The notes under the pieces were generated by a model. That model worked only from the letters and a program-made list of their open reading frames with translations. It was not told the DNA's origin and ran no database searches. This document shows, piece by piece, positions 11,631 through 24,538 of a DNA stretch of 64,000 bases. Position 1 is the first letter of the stretch; each line of letters opens with the position of its first letter. Made by a program: the position numbers and the translations under genes. The DNA is from Octopus vulgaris (lineage: Eukaryota). Location: assembly GCA_951406725.2 (NCBI GenBank), contig OX597831.1:47740001-47804000 (forward strand), in the 5' to 3' direction.

Positions 11631-12016
11631 AATTGATATAGGATCAAATTTTTTTCGGGAAAAAAATTTTATCAATGGCCAGCATATCAAAAAATGCCTT
11701 TACCTTTAAAGGCATTATATATATATATTCATTAATTCATTCATACATGTGTGAGAGTGTCACGTGTAGTTCTGTTTAGTTTCTCTTCTGTGTGGGTTTG
11801 TGTGTAGGAGTCGTTGTGTTGGCGTGGTTTATAGGAACCAGTCTGAGACGAATGTATGCATGCGTGTAGGTGGAGTTCAACAAATCTCTCTGCTTTTCCT
11901 CCCTTTCGTATGAATGAATGAATGAGTGAATGAACGAACGAATGAATGGGTGTATGAGAAAAGAGAGGAGAGACACATTTTCCTAGATATATAGAAGACT
12001 AGGTGTATGCGTGTAC

Positions 12017-12346
12017 GTGTGTGTGTGTGTGTGCCTCTGGTATGTGTGTGTGCCTCTGGTATGTGTGTGTGCCTCTGGTATGTGTGTGTGCCTCTGGTAT
12101 GTGTGTGTGCCTCTGGTATGTGTGTGTGTGTGTGTGCTTCTGGTATATGTGTGTGTGCCTCTTGTATGTGTGTGTATGCCTCTTGTATGTGTGTGTGTGT
12201 GTGCCTGTGTGTGCATGTGTGTACGTGTGTGAGCGTGCTTGTGTATATGTGTGCCTCTGTGCATGTATGTGTACATATGTGTGTATGTGCCTCTGTGTGT
12301 GCGTGTGTGTGTGTCTGCCTGTTTGTGTGCCTTTGTGCGTGTGTGC

Positions 12347-12400
<54 letters not shown>

Positions 12401-12437
12401 CTGTTTGTATGCCTTTGAGTGTGTGTGCCTCTGTGTG
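12017..12437. repeat. TG-rich minisatellite (19-bp GCCTCTGGTATGTGTGTGT units) grading into (TG)n
   Basis: Repeated 19-bp units from ~12032. Confidence 0.9.
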
Positions 12438-12820
12438 TTCTTCTACATTTGTATACGATGTATGTTTTAATGTGCATTTAATATTCCGCAATGTTTTTTT
12501 TTTCCTTCTCTTTATTGTGTAACAACAGAGATAACATATTACACAAGTCATTAACGAGCAAAACGTATATTTCCTAATCGTTTAAATAAGTGATGCGGAT
12601 GCAGCATGACTGAATTCATAAACAAAATTCATTTCGAAATCATGAGGTTTCAATTTTCAATCCCACTGCGCGGGGAAAATGTCTTTTACGATGCCACGGG
12701 CTGACCTAAAGATTCTGTAAGCTAAATCATTTAGACGGAAATTGTGAGGAATCCCATCGGATGGATTGTACCTGCAACACATCTATTCAACCTTGTCACC
12801 CACTGTGACGCATTCACCGG

Positions 12821-13136
12821 GGATCTGTTCAGTTTGGCTCACAGATTTTTCAATTAATTTTGTTTAACTAAACAGTTTGGAACTTCGTATACTGGTATAA
12901 TTTCTCACGCAGAACACGGTTTGCTTTGAACATTTTTGACACGCCGTTGATTGGTTAACATTACCCAAATACGACAACATTAACACGAAATAACTTCTAA
13001 AATACGAAATTTTGTCAAAAATGTCCAAGGTAAACCGTGTTCTGCTTGAGAAATTACACCAGTATTCGAAGTTTTAAACTGTTTAGTTAAAAAAAAAAAT
13101 TAATTATAAAATCTGTGAGCCAAACTGAACAGATCC
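12821..13136. mobile_element. MITE-like element with ~120-bp terminal inverted repeats
   Basis: GGATCTGTTCAGTTTGGCTCACAGATTTT ... AAAATCTGTGAGCCAAACTGAACAGATCC; TSD unclear. Confidence 0.8.
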
Positions 13137-13427
13137 TTCACAGGTTCTCTCTGAGGATTTACGTTCAAAGATCACATGTCTAAGGCATATTTAGTCTCAT
13201 TACACACTAATTCGATTAATAACATCGAACGGCCAAATCGCCAAAAGTGAACAATTTACCTTATTTCTTTCTTGTTACTTTACTTCTTCGTCTGTATGTG
13301 TGTATATCTATGTTTTGACTTACGTATGTGTATGTATGCATGATTGATGAGTTCGATTTGCGACCTCGTAGTTTCGGGTTCAATCCCATTGCGCGGCGCC
13401 GTTATCAAGTGCCTTCTATATGTTATA

Positions 13428-14065
13428 AGGCGCAGGAGTGGCGGTGTGTAAGTACAAAGAGGGTTCGTCCCCTCCTTGTAATACCTTCATGGCAAATCAT
13501 AAAGTCAATTGCTTACCAACCACATGGTTCAGGGTTCAGTCCCACTGCGTGGCACCTCTGGCAAGTATCTTCTACTATAGCCTCAGGCCGACCAATGCCT
13601 TGTGAGTGGAATTGGTAGACGGAAACTAAAAAAAGCCCGTCGTATAAATGTATATATGCATGTTTGTGTGTCTGTGTTTGTCTCCCCAACATCGCTTGAC
13701 AACTGATGCTGGTGTGTTTACGTCCCCGTAACCTAGCAGTTCGGTAAAAAAGACCGACAGAATAAGTACTGGGCTTACAAAGAATAAGTCCTGGGGTCGA
13801 TTTGGTCGACAGAAACTGTGAAAAAGCCCGTCGTATATGTATATGTGTGTGTGTGTGTGTGTGTTTATGTCTTTGATTGTCCCTTGCTCACTACGTGACA
13901 ACAAGTGTCGGTTTGTTTACGTGTCCGTAACTTAGCTATTTGTCAATGAGCCGATGAGATGAGTACCAGCCAGACTTAAAAATTAAAAATTTGTTCGACT
14001 GAAAGGTTCCAAAGTAGTGCTCCAGTATGGCCGCCGTCTGGTGATTGAAACAAGTAAAAGATTAA
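13428..14065 (+). mobile_element. SINE A with ~60-bp insert in head, followed by a second degenerate 3' module
   Basis: A head at 13428, body to ~13810, repeated diverged body/tail to ~14065. Confidence 0.75.
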
Positions 14066-14310
14066 AAAAACATGTTTATGTGTAGGTATGTGAGTGTATG
14101 TGTACGTGTTTTCGTTCTCATTTTGCCTTTATTCTTTTGAAATAATTCTATAAAAAAAAGAGTAAGTTTCTGACAAAGAATCAAAATTCCTCATTACGGA
14201 AACTTGGATCAATAGAACAATAGAAGCGTTGCCTGTACTTGTAGAATTGCTATTAGAAAAATAAACTTTTGCAAAATTTCTCTTTTCCAATAACAACTAG
14301 ATATTTACAG

Positions 14311-14900
14311 TAGGCGCAGGAGTGGCTGTGTGGTAAGTAGCTTACCAACCACATGGTTCTAGGTTCAGTCCCACTGCGTGGCATCTTGGGCAAGTGTCTT
14401 CTGCTATAGCCCCCGGCTGCCTTGTGAGTGGATTTGGTAGACGGAAACTGAAAGAAGCCTCTCGTATATATGTATGTATGTGTATATGTTTGTGTGTCTG
14501 TGTTTGTCCCCCTAGCATTGCTTGACAACCGATGCTGGTGTGTTTACTTCCCCGTTACTAAGCGGTTCGGCAAAAGAGACCGATAGAATAAGTACTGGGC
14601 TTAGAAAGAATAAATCCCGGCTGCCTTGTGAGTGGATTTGGTAGACGGAAACTGAAAGAAGCCTCTCGTATATATGTATGTATGTGTATATGTTTGTGTG
14701 TCTGTGTTTGTCCCCCTAGCATTGCTTGACAACCGATGCTGGTGTGTTTACTTCCCCGTTACTAAGCGGTTCGGCAAAAGAGACCGATAGAATAAGTACT
14801 GGGCTTAGAAAGAATAAATCCCGGGGTCGATCTGCTCGACTAAAGGCGGTGCTCCAGCATGGCCGCAGTCAAATGACTGAAACAAGTAAAAGAGTAAAAG
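14311..14900 (+). mobile_element. SINE A with internal 204-bp tandem duplication
   Basis: 14412-14615 repeated at 14616-14819. Confidence 0.9.
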
Positions 14901-15258
14901 CGTATATCCCAGAGTTTAAATTCCAGGATATACCGTAAAAATATATAATGTGGGGAGAAAAGTTATAGGTCTTAAGGTAGTTGTCCATCGGCCTATGTAG
15001 AGCTGATAATTTGTTTAATCCACATGCGAAAGTAGATCCAAACTACTCCCCCACCGTCCAACTCACACGATTTATGTTCGGGCTATAGGTATGTTCATGT
15101 ATTGTATATCAACGATCCCCAATCTTTTCCTGCATCACAGACCGGTTTCATGCATGAAAAATATCCCATGGACCGGGGGATCATGCACATGACACAATAA
15201 CGTACATAATTTATGAGTTAATTATTAAGTTAATAATACATATATAATCCTTTCAACA

Positions 15259-15512
15259 TGTGAAGGTGCGTGGCTTAGTGGTTAGGGTGTTGAACTCACG
15301 ATCGTAAGGTTGTGGCTTCGATTCCTGGACCGGGCGATGCGTTGTGTTATTGAGCGAAATTCTTCATTTCACGTTGCTCCAGTCCACTCAGCTGGCAAAA
15401 ATGAGTAAACTTGTGACAGACCGGCGTCCCGTCCAGGTGGGGAATTTCTACGCCACTGAAACCGGGAAACCGGCCCTTATGAGCCTGGCATGCCTCGAGA
15501 AGGAACATTTAT
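15259..15512 (+). mobile_element. SINE family B
   Basis: Similar to 7352 units. Confidence 0.82.
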
Positions 15513-15515
15513 TTT

Positions 15516-15818
15516 GTGGAGGCACATGGCCTAGTGGTTTGAGCAGCGGACTCGCGGTTGAGGGATCGCGGGTTCGAATCTCAGACCGGGTGATGTGTGT
15601 GTTTATGTGCGAAATATCTAAGCTTCACGCGGCTCCGGCAGAAGGTAATGGCGAACTTCTGCTGACTCTTTCGCCACAACTTTCTCTCACTCTTTCCTCC
15701 TGCATCTTGCAGCTCACCTGCGACGGACCGGCGTCCCGTCCAGGAGGGGGAACCTATACGCCAAGGAAACCGGGAAACCGGCCCTTATGAGCCAGGCATG
15801 GCTCGAGAAGGAACAAAC
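15516..15818 (+). mobile_element. SINE with D-type head and B-type tail
   Basis: Head like 18040; tail GAAACCGGGAAACCGGCCCTTATGAGCC like 15259. Confidence 0.78.
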
Positions 15819-15829
15819 AATCCTTTCAA

Positions 15830-16020
15830 CGATAGGCACAATGCCTGGAATTTGGTTGCATCGACTCCAGTGCTCGACTGGTACTTATTTTATCGAGCCC
15901 GAAAGGATGAAAGATAAAAATTCGACCTCGGTGGAATTTGAACTCAGAATGTAAAAACGGACGAAATGATGCTGTTAAGCGTTTTATCAGGGATGCTTAC
16001 GATTCTTCAGCTCGCCACCT
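15830..16020 (-). mobile_element. SINE family C (diverged)
   Basis: CGAAAGGATGAAAG..TCGACCTCGG..GAATTTGAACTCAGAA. Confidence 0.75.
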
Positions 16021-16072
16021 TATAATGACATATGTCCCTGCAGACTGCGACTGTCAATAAAATAGATTATTA

Positions 16073-16435
16073 CTCTCTTTTTACTCTTTTACTTGTTTCA
16101 GTCTGGAGCACCACCTTTAGTCGAGAAAATCGACACCAGGACTTATTCTTTGTAAGCCTAGTACTTATTCTATCGGTCTCTTTTGCCGAATCGCTAAGTT
16201 ACGGGGGCGTAAACACACCAGCATCGGTTGTCAAGCGATACTGGGTGGGTGTACACACACACATATATATACATATATACGACGGGTTTCTTTCAGTTTC
16301 CGTCTACCAAATCCACTCACAAGGCTTTGGTCGGCCCGAGGCTATAATAGAAGACACTTGCCCAAAGTGCCACGAAGTGGGACTGAACCCAGAAATATGT
16401 GGTTCGTAAGCAAGCTACGTACCACACAACCACTC
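16073..16435 (-). mobile_element. SINE family A
   Basis: Match to other A copies. Confidence 0.85.
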
Positions 16436-16607
16436 TTGGTGTTTGGGAACTCTGGCCTACATGATGTAGTTAAATGGAACAAAATTAAGGAACTGGAATT
16501 AAACACGCGAGCGCTCACACACACACGCTCACATGTACACACGCGCACACACACAAACGTGCGCGCGGTGTAGTGTATGTATGCAATGTAATGAAGATAA
16601 TGGAATA

Positions 16608-17182
16608 TATTGGGTTGTCCGGAAAGTTCGTGCCGATTTTTAAAGGAAAGAAAAAGGTCAATTAAACTTGCCACTCCCAAGCTTTACCAGGTGCTCATGA
16701 ACGACGGATTTTGATAGGTTGAGGCATTCTGCTAATTCTCTGGTTGTGCAATGTGGGTTATTCTCAATTAATGACTTGATTTGGTCATCATCTGTAGTGG
16801 ATGGTCCGCCAGATCGCTCTTTATCAATAAGGCTACAATCTCCAGCTCGGAACCTTGCGAACCACTTCCGTACAGTTCTTTCGGATGAAGAAGCATACCG
16901 TAAACTGCGCATATATCTTTGGTTGCTTGTGAGGCATTTTTCCCGTTACGGAAAAAGGCAAGCATCAGGTACCGAAAATGAACTTTCTTATCTTCCATTT
17001 TGAAGCTTTACAGAATTAACACAGGTTATAGGAACATAAACTTTCTTCCACGTAAAGATAGCTTAAACTGTGCTCTAAATGGAGGTGTAGTCAAATCCTA
17101 TTTTATGGAGTCAACCATGTTTTAAAATAAGTCGAAAGGAAAGCTGCTATAAATCGGCATGAACTTTCGGGACAACCCAATA
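16608..17182 (-). mobile_element. Mariner deletion derivative (TIRs + N-terminal transposase)
   Basis: TIR TATTGGGTTGTCCGGAAAGTTCGTGCCGATTT / AAATCGGCATGAACTTTCGGGACAACCCAATA, TA flanks; MEDKKVHFR..WFARFRAGD..RSGGP..TTRELA HTH; catalytic domain absent. Confidence 0.93.
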
Positions 17183-17265
17183 TATACTGTAATGTAGGTG
17201 CTGTATAGAACTTATATAATTTATGTGATGCATGCACTATATATGTTACACTGTAATATATGTAA

Positions 17266-17771
17266 CTAGCAGTATCGCCCGGCGTTGCTCGGGTTTGTAA
17301 GGGAAATAACTATATAAGCATTTTTAGAGAGTTACTTCCCTTATAAATTCGGGCTTTCTTAGCCATTTTTGTTTTGGTGTCTTCAAGCCATGAAGTCGTT
17401 GTTCTAAAAGAACGCTGGTTTCCTTCACAACGCATTACGACGTTGATTTCTTTACACTCCCTTCCCCACAGCTTCACGAGGGAGGGAAGGGGGAGAAGCA
17501 AACAGGTGCAGCTGTGAGCGTGGACGCCAACTCCGCCGCCATCGACATACGATGCATTTTATGCATTAAAATGGAATAAAAAATGATGTTAAATTATTTT
17601 TAAAATCGTAGACTCATCGTTGACGCGCGCTAATAGTCAGACGGGCTCGATATGAATCACGACTATAAGATACCCGAATTTGGTTAAACTGCACCGCAAA
17701 ATGTGGGAGGAGTTAGGAATCTAAATCGAAGGGGACAGACACTCACACAACTAGAGTTTTATATATATAGA
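17266..17771 (-). mobile_element. Non-autonomous Helitron
   Basis: Minus 5' TCTATATATATAAAA; 3' CCCGAGCAACGCCGGGCGATACTGCTAG as in the 5112 copy; A|T site. Confidence 0.86.
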
Positions 17772-18039
17772 TATGCACAATGTAATGCATATTTATATGC
17801 TGTGCTTGTTTTGCATGTTATGCAAGATTGTATGCAGTGTGAATTTGCATGTCATGCAAATGTAACGTAAATGTAACTAAAAGAACTATGATCAAAAAAA
17901 TAAATAAATAAGGAAATCTTTGAGAAGGATTGAATCGACTGTAATAAATTAACCTGCTCTGCATCAAGTCGAAGTTTCCTGTTTTATTAAGCTTCTGGAA
18001 TTCACCAATCTCTACTATGAGAAGCTGTATGTAGCTATA

Positions 18040-18420
18040 GTGGAGGCGCAATGGCCCAGTGGTTAGGGCAGCGGACTCGCGGTCATAGGATCGCGGTTTC
18101 GATTCCCAGACCGGGCGTTGTAAGTGTTTATTGAGCGAAAACACCTAAAGCTCCACGAGGCTCCGGCAGGGGATGGTGGTGATCCCTGCTGTACTCTTTC
18201 ACCACAACTTTCTCTCACTCTTACTTCCTGTTTCTGTTGTACCTGTATTTCAAAGGGCCGGCCTTGTCACTCTCTGTGTCACGCTGAATATCCCCGAGAA
18301 CTACGTTAAGGGTACACGTGTCTGTGGAGTGCTCGGCCACTTACACGTTAATTTCACGAGCAGGCTGTTCCGTTGATTCGGATCAACCGGAACCCTCGTC
18401 GTCGTAACCGACGGAGTGAT
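18040..18420 (+). mobile_element. SINE family D
   Basis: tRNA-like head TGGCCCAGTGGTTAGGGCAGCGGACTCGCG; copies at 47275 and 56409; flanked by repeated ATGTAGCTATA. Confidence 0.85.
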
Positions 18421-18765
18421 TCCATCCATGTAGCTATATGAGCACCCCTAAACATATGGAAGTTTCTGTTGTGCTTTTGTTTCTATACAAATGAGATGCT
18501 TACATGTTACGCACACAACACATACACTCTCAAACACACACGCACGCATGCGCACGCACACATCGCTGATATTTTTGGGGCCTTGCAGATTAAGCTGTTA
18601 TGGGGATCCCTTCGCAACCAGTAACAATAACGCAACATCCAATAAAGTCTGAAAGGCTATGCTATCCAAAAGCGTGGAGGAAGGTGTGATATGGAGAAGT
18701 CTTTAAAAATGTAATCTTGCAGCGAGCTTCTTTCTATCAGCAATGATTTCTGGGTAACCACTGTT

Positions 18766-19181
18766 CTTATTTCTTTATTGCCCACAAGGGGCTAAACATA
18801 GAGGGGACAAACAAGGACTGACAAACATATTAAGTCCATTACATCGACCCCAGTGCGTCACTGGTACTTAATTTATCGAGCCCGAAAGGATGAAAGGCAA
18901 AGTCGACGTAGGCGGATTTGAACTCAGAACGTAGCAGCGAACGAAATACCTATTTCTTTACTACCCACAAGGGGCTAAACACAGAGAGGACAAACAAGGA
19001 CAGACAAACGGATTAAGTCGATTATATCGACTCCAGTGAGTAACTGGTACTTATTTAATCAACCCCGAAAGGATGAAAGGCAAAGTCGACCTCGGCGGAA
19101 TTTGAACCCAGAACGTAACGGCTGACGAAATACCGCTAAGCATTTCGCCCAAAGTGTTAACGATTCTGCCAGCTCGCCGCC
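18766..19181 (-). mobile_element. SINE family C (two body units) with 17-bp TSD
   Basis: TSD TCTGGGTAACCACTGTT at 18749-18765 and 19182-19198. Confidence 0.92.
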
Positions 19182-19407
19182 TCTGGGTAACCACTGTTAT
19201 CGTCCGCAATTCCTTGTTCCATGACAGATTACAACAAATATGAAAATAGAATTTAATCAGTGCGTCTTAGATTAAAATTTTCAATTGCTGTAATTGCTTA
19301 CTTCGTATCCCAATGTCACTGGTGTCAATAGAAATTCTATAACTTATAGTTTTCAAGTTATGTGGGAATGAAAATTAGCGATTATTTATAAGAATGGTTG
19401 AAAGAAG

Positions 19408-19660
19408 TGGAGGCGCGTGGCTTAGTGGTTAGGGTGTCAGCATTATGATCGTAAGATTGTGGTTTCGATTCCTGGGCCGGGCGACGCGTTGTGTTCTTGA
19501 GCAAAACACTTCATTTCACGTTGCTCCAGTCCATTCAGCTGGCAAAAATGAGTAACACTGCGATGGACTGGCGTCCCGTCCAGCTGGGGAACACATACGC
19601 CAATGACACCGGGAAACCGGGCCCATGAGCCTGGCTAAGCTTTAAAAGGGCGCATTTATG
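19408..19660 (+). mobile_element. SINE family B, solitary full-length copy
   Basis: Matches array unit including TTTAAAAGGGCGCATTTA tail. Confidence 0.9.
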
Positions 19661-19981
19661 TTTATTATTTTATGCTTGAAATAAAACATAATATTTAATT
19701 AAGATAATATTTAATTTCAAACAGGTTTTGCAATGCATTCTACATGAACCACAATTTACAAAATACAATATTTTGTCTTTCTAGCAACATCTTCATTCAC
19801 AATTTTGTCATATGAGAGCTTCGTTGTAATACCATTTTCTAGAGTCAACAGGAATATTGAATTTAAGCATTCTTCAATCACAGTAGAATATAATTTGTTC
19901 TTTAAAAAGGATAGCTTTGAGAAATTCTTTTCCCTTTCACGGCTCATAAAAGGCATTGTCAAATACGGCTTATATACAGTA

Positions 19982-20360
19982 GCGGCGAGCTGGCAGAAAC
20001 GTTGGCACGCAGGGCGAAATGCGTAGCCGTATTTCATCTACCGTTACGTTTTGAGTTCAAATTCCGCTGTGGTCGACTTTGTCTTTCATCCTTTCGGGGT
20101 CGATAAATTAAGTACCAGTTACGCACTGGGGTCGATGTAATCGACTTAATCCGTTTGTCTGTCCTTGTTTAGCCCCTTGTGGGTAATAAAGAAACAGGTA
20201 TTGTTGGCGGTATTCGTCTGTCTTTATGTTCTGAGTTCAAATTCCACCGAGGTCGACTTTGCTTTTCATCCTTTCGAGGTCGATAAATTAAGTACCAGTT
20301 GCGTACTGGGGTAGGTCTAATCGACTGCCCCCTCCCCCCACCCAAATTCGGGTCTTCCAT
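19982..20360 (+). mobile_element. SINE family C (two body units)
   Basis: GCGGCGAGCTGGCAGAAACG head; repeated GTCGACTTTG..CATCCTTTCG..GTCGATAAATTAAGTACCAG core. Confidence 0.88.
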
Positions 20361-20526
20361 TAAGCAATTCTATATAAAATAATTATAGTTTGTGAGGTAG
20401 CTATTCCTTAAAACCACTGAATTTGTTTCTTCCTGATGTCTCTTCCTCTTCCTCAGAACTTCGGTGACAAGTGTGTTGAAAATTGCTAAAAAGGGCATAC
20501 ATAGTTTGTGCACTATCACTAGCCCC

Positions 20527-20895
20527 GTGAAGGCGCATGGCTCAGTGGTTAGAGCGTTGAGCTTACGATCGTGAGGTTGTGAGCTCGAATCCCGGACCGG
20601 GCTGCGTGTTGAATCTCAGACCGGGCTGCGTATTGTGTTCTTGAGCAAGACACTTTATTTCACGTTGCTCCAGTTCACTCAGCTGTAGAAATGAGTTGCG
20701 ACGTCACTGGTGCCAAGCTACATCGACCTTTGTCTTTCCCTTGGATAACACTGGTGGCGTGGAGAGGGGAGGCTGGTATGCATGGGCGACTGCTGGCCTT
20801 CCATAAACAACCTTGCCCGGACTTGTGTCTAGGAGGGTAACTTTCTAGGTGCAATCCCATGGTCATTCATGACCGAAGGGGGTCTTTACCCCTTT
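20527..20895 (+). mobile_element. SINE family E with TSD
   Basis: tRNA-like head; TSD ACTAGCCCC at 20518-20526 and 20896-20904; copy at 57708. Confidence 0.88.
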
Positions 20896-22112
20896 ACTAG
20901 CCCCGCTGGTGTTTGGTTAACTTTTTACAGCTTTAGATATCGGCAAGTCAGACATTATAAAGTAGTTTGATAGCTTCTGATATTTTGAAATTTCATCAAA
21001 TTGCTTCTCCTTAAGTTTGGATTTTAGCATCCAGTTAAGTATTGTAGTTCAGCGATTGTCAATTCTCGAGGGTGTTAACCTTTATTAAAAGCAAAGAAAA
21101 GTTCCTTAACCACAGCTGGATGAGCCTCAATAATGGTGAGTGAATAAGATCAAAGCATATGGAGAATACATTTATTTCAGTCTTCAAATCAGGGATCAGA
21201 TTCAACCCTACAAAATGCAATAGATAAATAAATAAAAATAAAGGAAACGCTCCTTAAGTTATTCACCCCCAAAATTGTGCTGTGATTACTGGTTTGTAGA
21301 AATGACTTTGTGCTAGCTGCTTAAATCAAACTTTAAATAAAATATTTTATTTCATTTCTTACGCAAGATATTCGTTTAGCACAAAAATTCGTGTATACAA
21401 TATAATTGAAGACAATTAGTGTTCCTTAAAAGCAGACTGAGCATATAGACTTGGCATAGCGGTTCACTGTTATAAAAAAAGTATAATGCCCATTATAATA
21501 TCGTAAGTTATTAATTAGGATAAACTTTTCCTAGTGGGGTCTTTCCGTTGCTCAATCTAGATGATGACGAAGAAAACTAAGAACTCGTGCTAAACGTGTC
21601 ACTATGTATTCAGCGTCACTTACTGGTGTTACAAGAAGGCCCATTAGCGAGTGGGCTTCAAAATTTGCTGGGGTGGCACTTTAACAATATGTTTTTCAAG
21701 GTGGAGTTTCAGAATAAGTGCGACATCGTAATTTCTTTTCAACAATATCTTCGATTTCAAAACATTAATATTTTGTAATAATATTTTTGAATAATTACTA
21801 ATTGACAAACCTTATATAGAGGAAGAAAAAAGTGAAAGTAAGATTTTAAAATTAGAAATAAAAAATAGTATTTTAATTTGAATTGCATTCAATAAACGTT
21901 TAGCGTAACCAAAATAAAATGAAAATACCTTGAAGAAAAGTAAAGAATTATAAAAAACGTAAAACTTAAGGAAAACAAAGACTATTCAAAGAATTTTCTG
22001 ATCTCAGCTAAGAAAACATGTCTGGCAAATTTGTAAAATATGATTTCCTTACCGTTTTACGTAAATTGTGACTCACAAGAAGAAACTGTGTTTTGAGTAC
22101 AACAGTTATTTA

Positions 22113-22145
<33 letters not shown>

Positions 22146-22214
22146 TGTGTGTTTTAGCTTAAGCCAATAGCAGAAAACTGCAAAGAAAAACAAAAACAAA
22201 AAATCCAACTATTG

Positions 22215-22249
<35 letters not shown>

Positions 22250-22252
<3 letters not shown>

Positions 22253-22404
22253 TTATTTCTTTATTGCCTACAGGGGGCTAAACATAGAGGGAACAGACAA
22301 GGGGATTAAGTCTATTACATCGACCCCATTGATTAACTGGTACTTATTTAATCGAGCCCGAAAGGATGAAAGGCAAAGTCGACCTCGGCGGAATTTGAAC
22401 TCAG
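22250..22404 (-). mobile_element. SINE C 3' fragment next to (AAT)n
   Basis: C core and tail. Confidence 0.75.
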
Positions 22405-22665
22405 TGGCTCTTGAACTTCTTAAGCTTTGCCAAAGAGGAGAGACGCAATTCCGTAGAGTGAGCCTCCAATACTAGATCATTACTATAAAGCAACATGTCA
22501 TCTCTTGTCACCAGAGTGGAAAAAATTGTGTCTTTATAGACTTCAACATGTCCAGCAGATCAGAACAAACTTCCACCTATCATTCTTTCAAATCGGATAT
22601 CAGCTGCAGAGGTATCCACTTAGTACACACTTTTCTTGTATCTAATCTTCCGCTGCCTTCTGTAA

Positions 22666-23074
22666 TCTCTATATATATAAACGGCAGTTTGTCTGTCTGT
22701 GTGTCTGTGTGGCTGTCAGGTTGTACCCTCACCCTGACCACGGCTTTCAACCGATTCTGATGAAACTTGACACACACATAGCCCAATATCATAATTCAAA
22801 ACTAACGCAACGAAAATTTTGAAAAGTTCCCCCAGTTCTGAAAAAAAATCGATAAATTCGACATGGGGTCGAGAATCTAAGCTTTTTATATGCAACACAT
22901 TTTCTGTCGAGAGACAGCTAGGAACATCGTATACATAGAAGTATTCGAGTGAAGAGAAGACATTGCAACCTACACATGCGCCTTCATTCCCTGGAGGGAA
23001 AGAACTAGATTGGGATTAGTCGTTGCCTACTAGGGGCTCTTACATACTCGGGCAACCCTGGGCTATGCTGCTAG
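22666..23074 (+). mobile_element. Non-autonomous Helitron
   Basis: 5' ~210 bp nearly identical to the 5112 copy; own 3' hairpin CTCGGGCAACCCTGGG + CTAG; A|T site. Confidence 0.85.
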
Positions 23075-23167
23075 TGTATTATAACCACAGTCCAGTTGTG
23101 CGGCAAGCTCATGGATTGTAACTTGTCTCTTCGCGTGAATCAATTCTTCCAATTCCGATTGATAGTT

Positions 23168-23472
23168 TCCTGTGTGGTTTGTCGTCAATGTTGGTCTTCC
23201 TTTTTTTAAAACTTCTCCGTTTTAAACTGTCCACATTGCTCATGTCAATGGTGCCTCTCTGTTTAAAAAATAAAACCGTGACCTTCAGTGGAAGGTAGCC
23301 TGCAGCCCTCCATCATGAAGAACTCAATGACAGCATATTGCTCACGTTTGGCACCCATCATTTGCCTGCAATCAACAACTGGTAGAAGAGTCAATATGTC
23401 AATTTATGAAAAGAGTTATGTTTACTTATTTGCTGAGAAAAAGCGAGTTTATGTGTGCGTGGAGAAATAGAA

Positions 23473-23549
<77 letters not shown>

Positions 23550-24281
23550 GACAGCATTTTTTTCATTGATGTTTCTGATTTCTGCTTCTATGTTGTTACC
23601 GTTGATTTTGTTTACATCTTGTTTTAGCATTTTCGGCTCTCTACAAGAGTCTCTTGGGAATGTATCTCCATTTCCTTATCTTATTTATTTTATTTCAAAT
23701 TAGTGTCAGTATTTTCGGCTCTCTTCTAGAGTCCCTTGGAAATTTACCTCCTTTGATCAGAGGACACTTTTTGTTTGTTTATTTATTTAGCTTCATCGTT
23801 TGTTCTTCCCTTGAGGAAAAACTGTTATAAAACACTAGCTCAAAACAGTATAAGTACTACCAAATCTGAGAGGTGAGAAAATAATCGTTAATTAAAATGC
23901 CATTGTCTCTCGGGTTCTTCCACTATTAGAGACCTTGAAACTTAAGATTCATTAGTTTTATTGTTGATCCACTACGTTTTCACCATTTCTCTTTCTGTCT
24001 GAGGAAGCCACGTATTTCTTTTTCAACAAGACAACTGTTGCTGTCTCTCTATCATTCTTTCCTCTCCTTCAATATCAAACCCCATTCAGTCGGCTAGTTT
24101 TGTCTTGTGTGGTTTGTCGTCAATGTTGGTCTTCCTTTTTTTAAACTTCTCCGTACAACTGTCCACATTGCTTAAGTCAATGGTGTCTCTCTGTTTAAAA
24201 AAACCAAAAAAAAAAACCATGACCTTCAGTGGAAAGTAGCCTGCAGCCCTCCATCGTGAAGAACTCAATTACAGCATATTG
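23168..24281. repeat. ~180-bp direct repeat pair (23168-23341 and ~24097-24281)
   Basis: TGTGTGGTTTGTCGTCAATGTTGG...ACAGCATATTG in both. Confidence 0.85.
23477..23546. repeat. (GA)n microsatellite
   Basis: Visible directly. Confidence 0.95.
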
Positions 24282-24538
24282 ATGAAGGCTGGAGGATATA
24301 TCAGCCGAAACGTTGTGTTAACAACAAACAAGATGAGGACAATTACCCGTCAAATGTACATAATGTAAAAAAAAAAATTAATTTAAAAATCTTAACAGAT
24401 CCACGGATAAGACTTCAGCTATGCAAAGATCGCATTTGTTACAGCCGGTATACGGTTTAGCATGGGTAACTATGGACCACTTTAAAGCGTACTGGAGTAG
24501 TGGTTGCCCACTCAGGCTTTGAATGGTGCTACACGACC

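Larger units (their letters stand above)
19756..21160 (-). pseudogene. hAT transposase remnant interrupted by SINEs C and E
   Basis: EKNFSKLSFLKNKLYSTVIEECLNSIFLLTLEN..LSYDKIVNE resembles the hAT C-terminal dimerisation domain; 5' extent uncertain. Confidence 0.7.

Noticed and set aside
15110-15182. Charlie/MER1-like hAT terminal fragment
   Set aside because: Short, no partner TIR or TSD found
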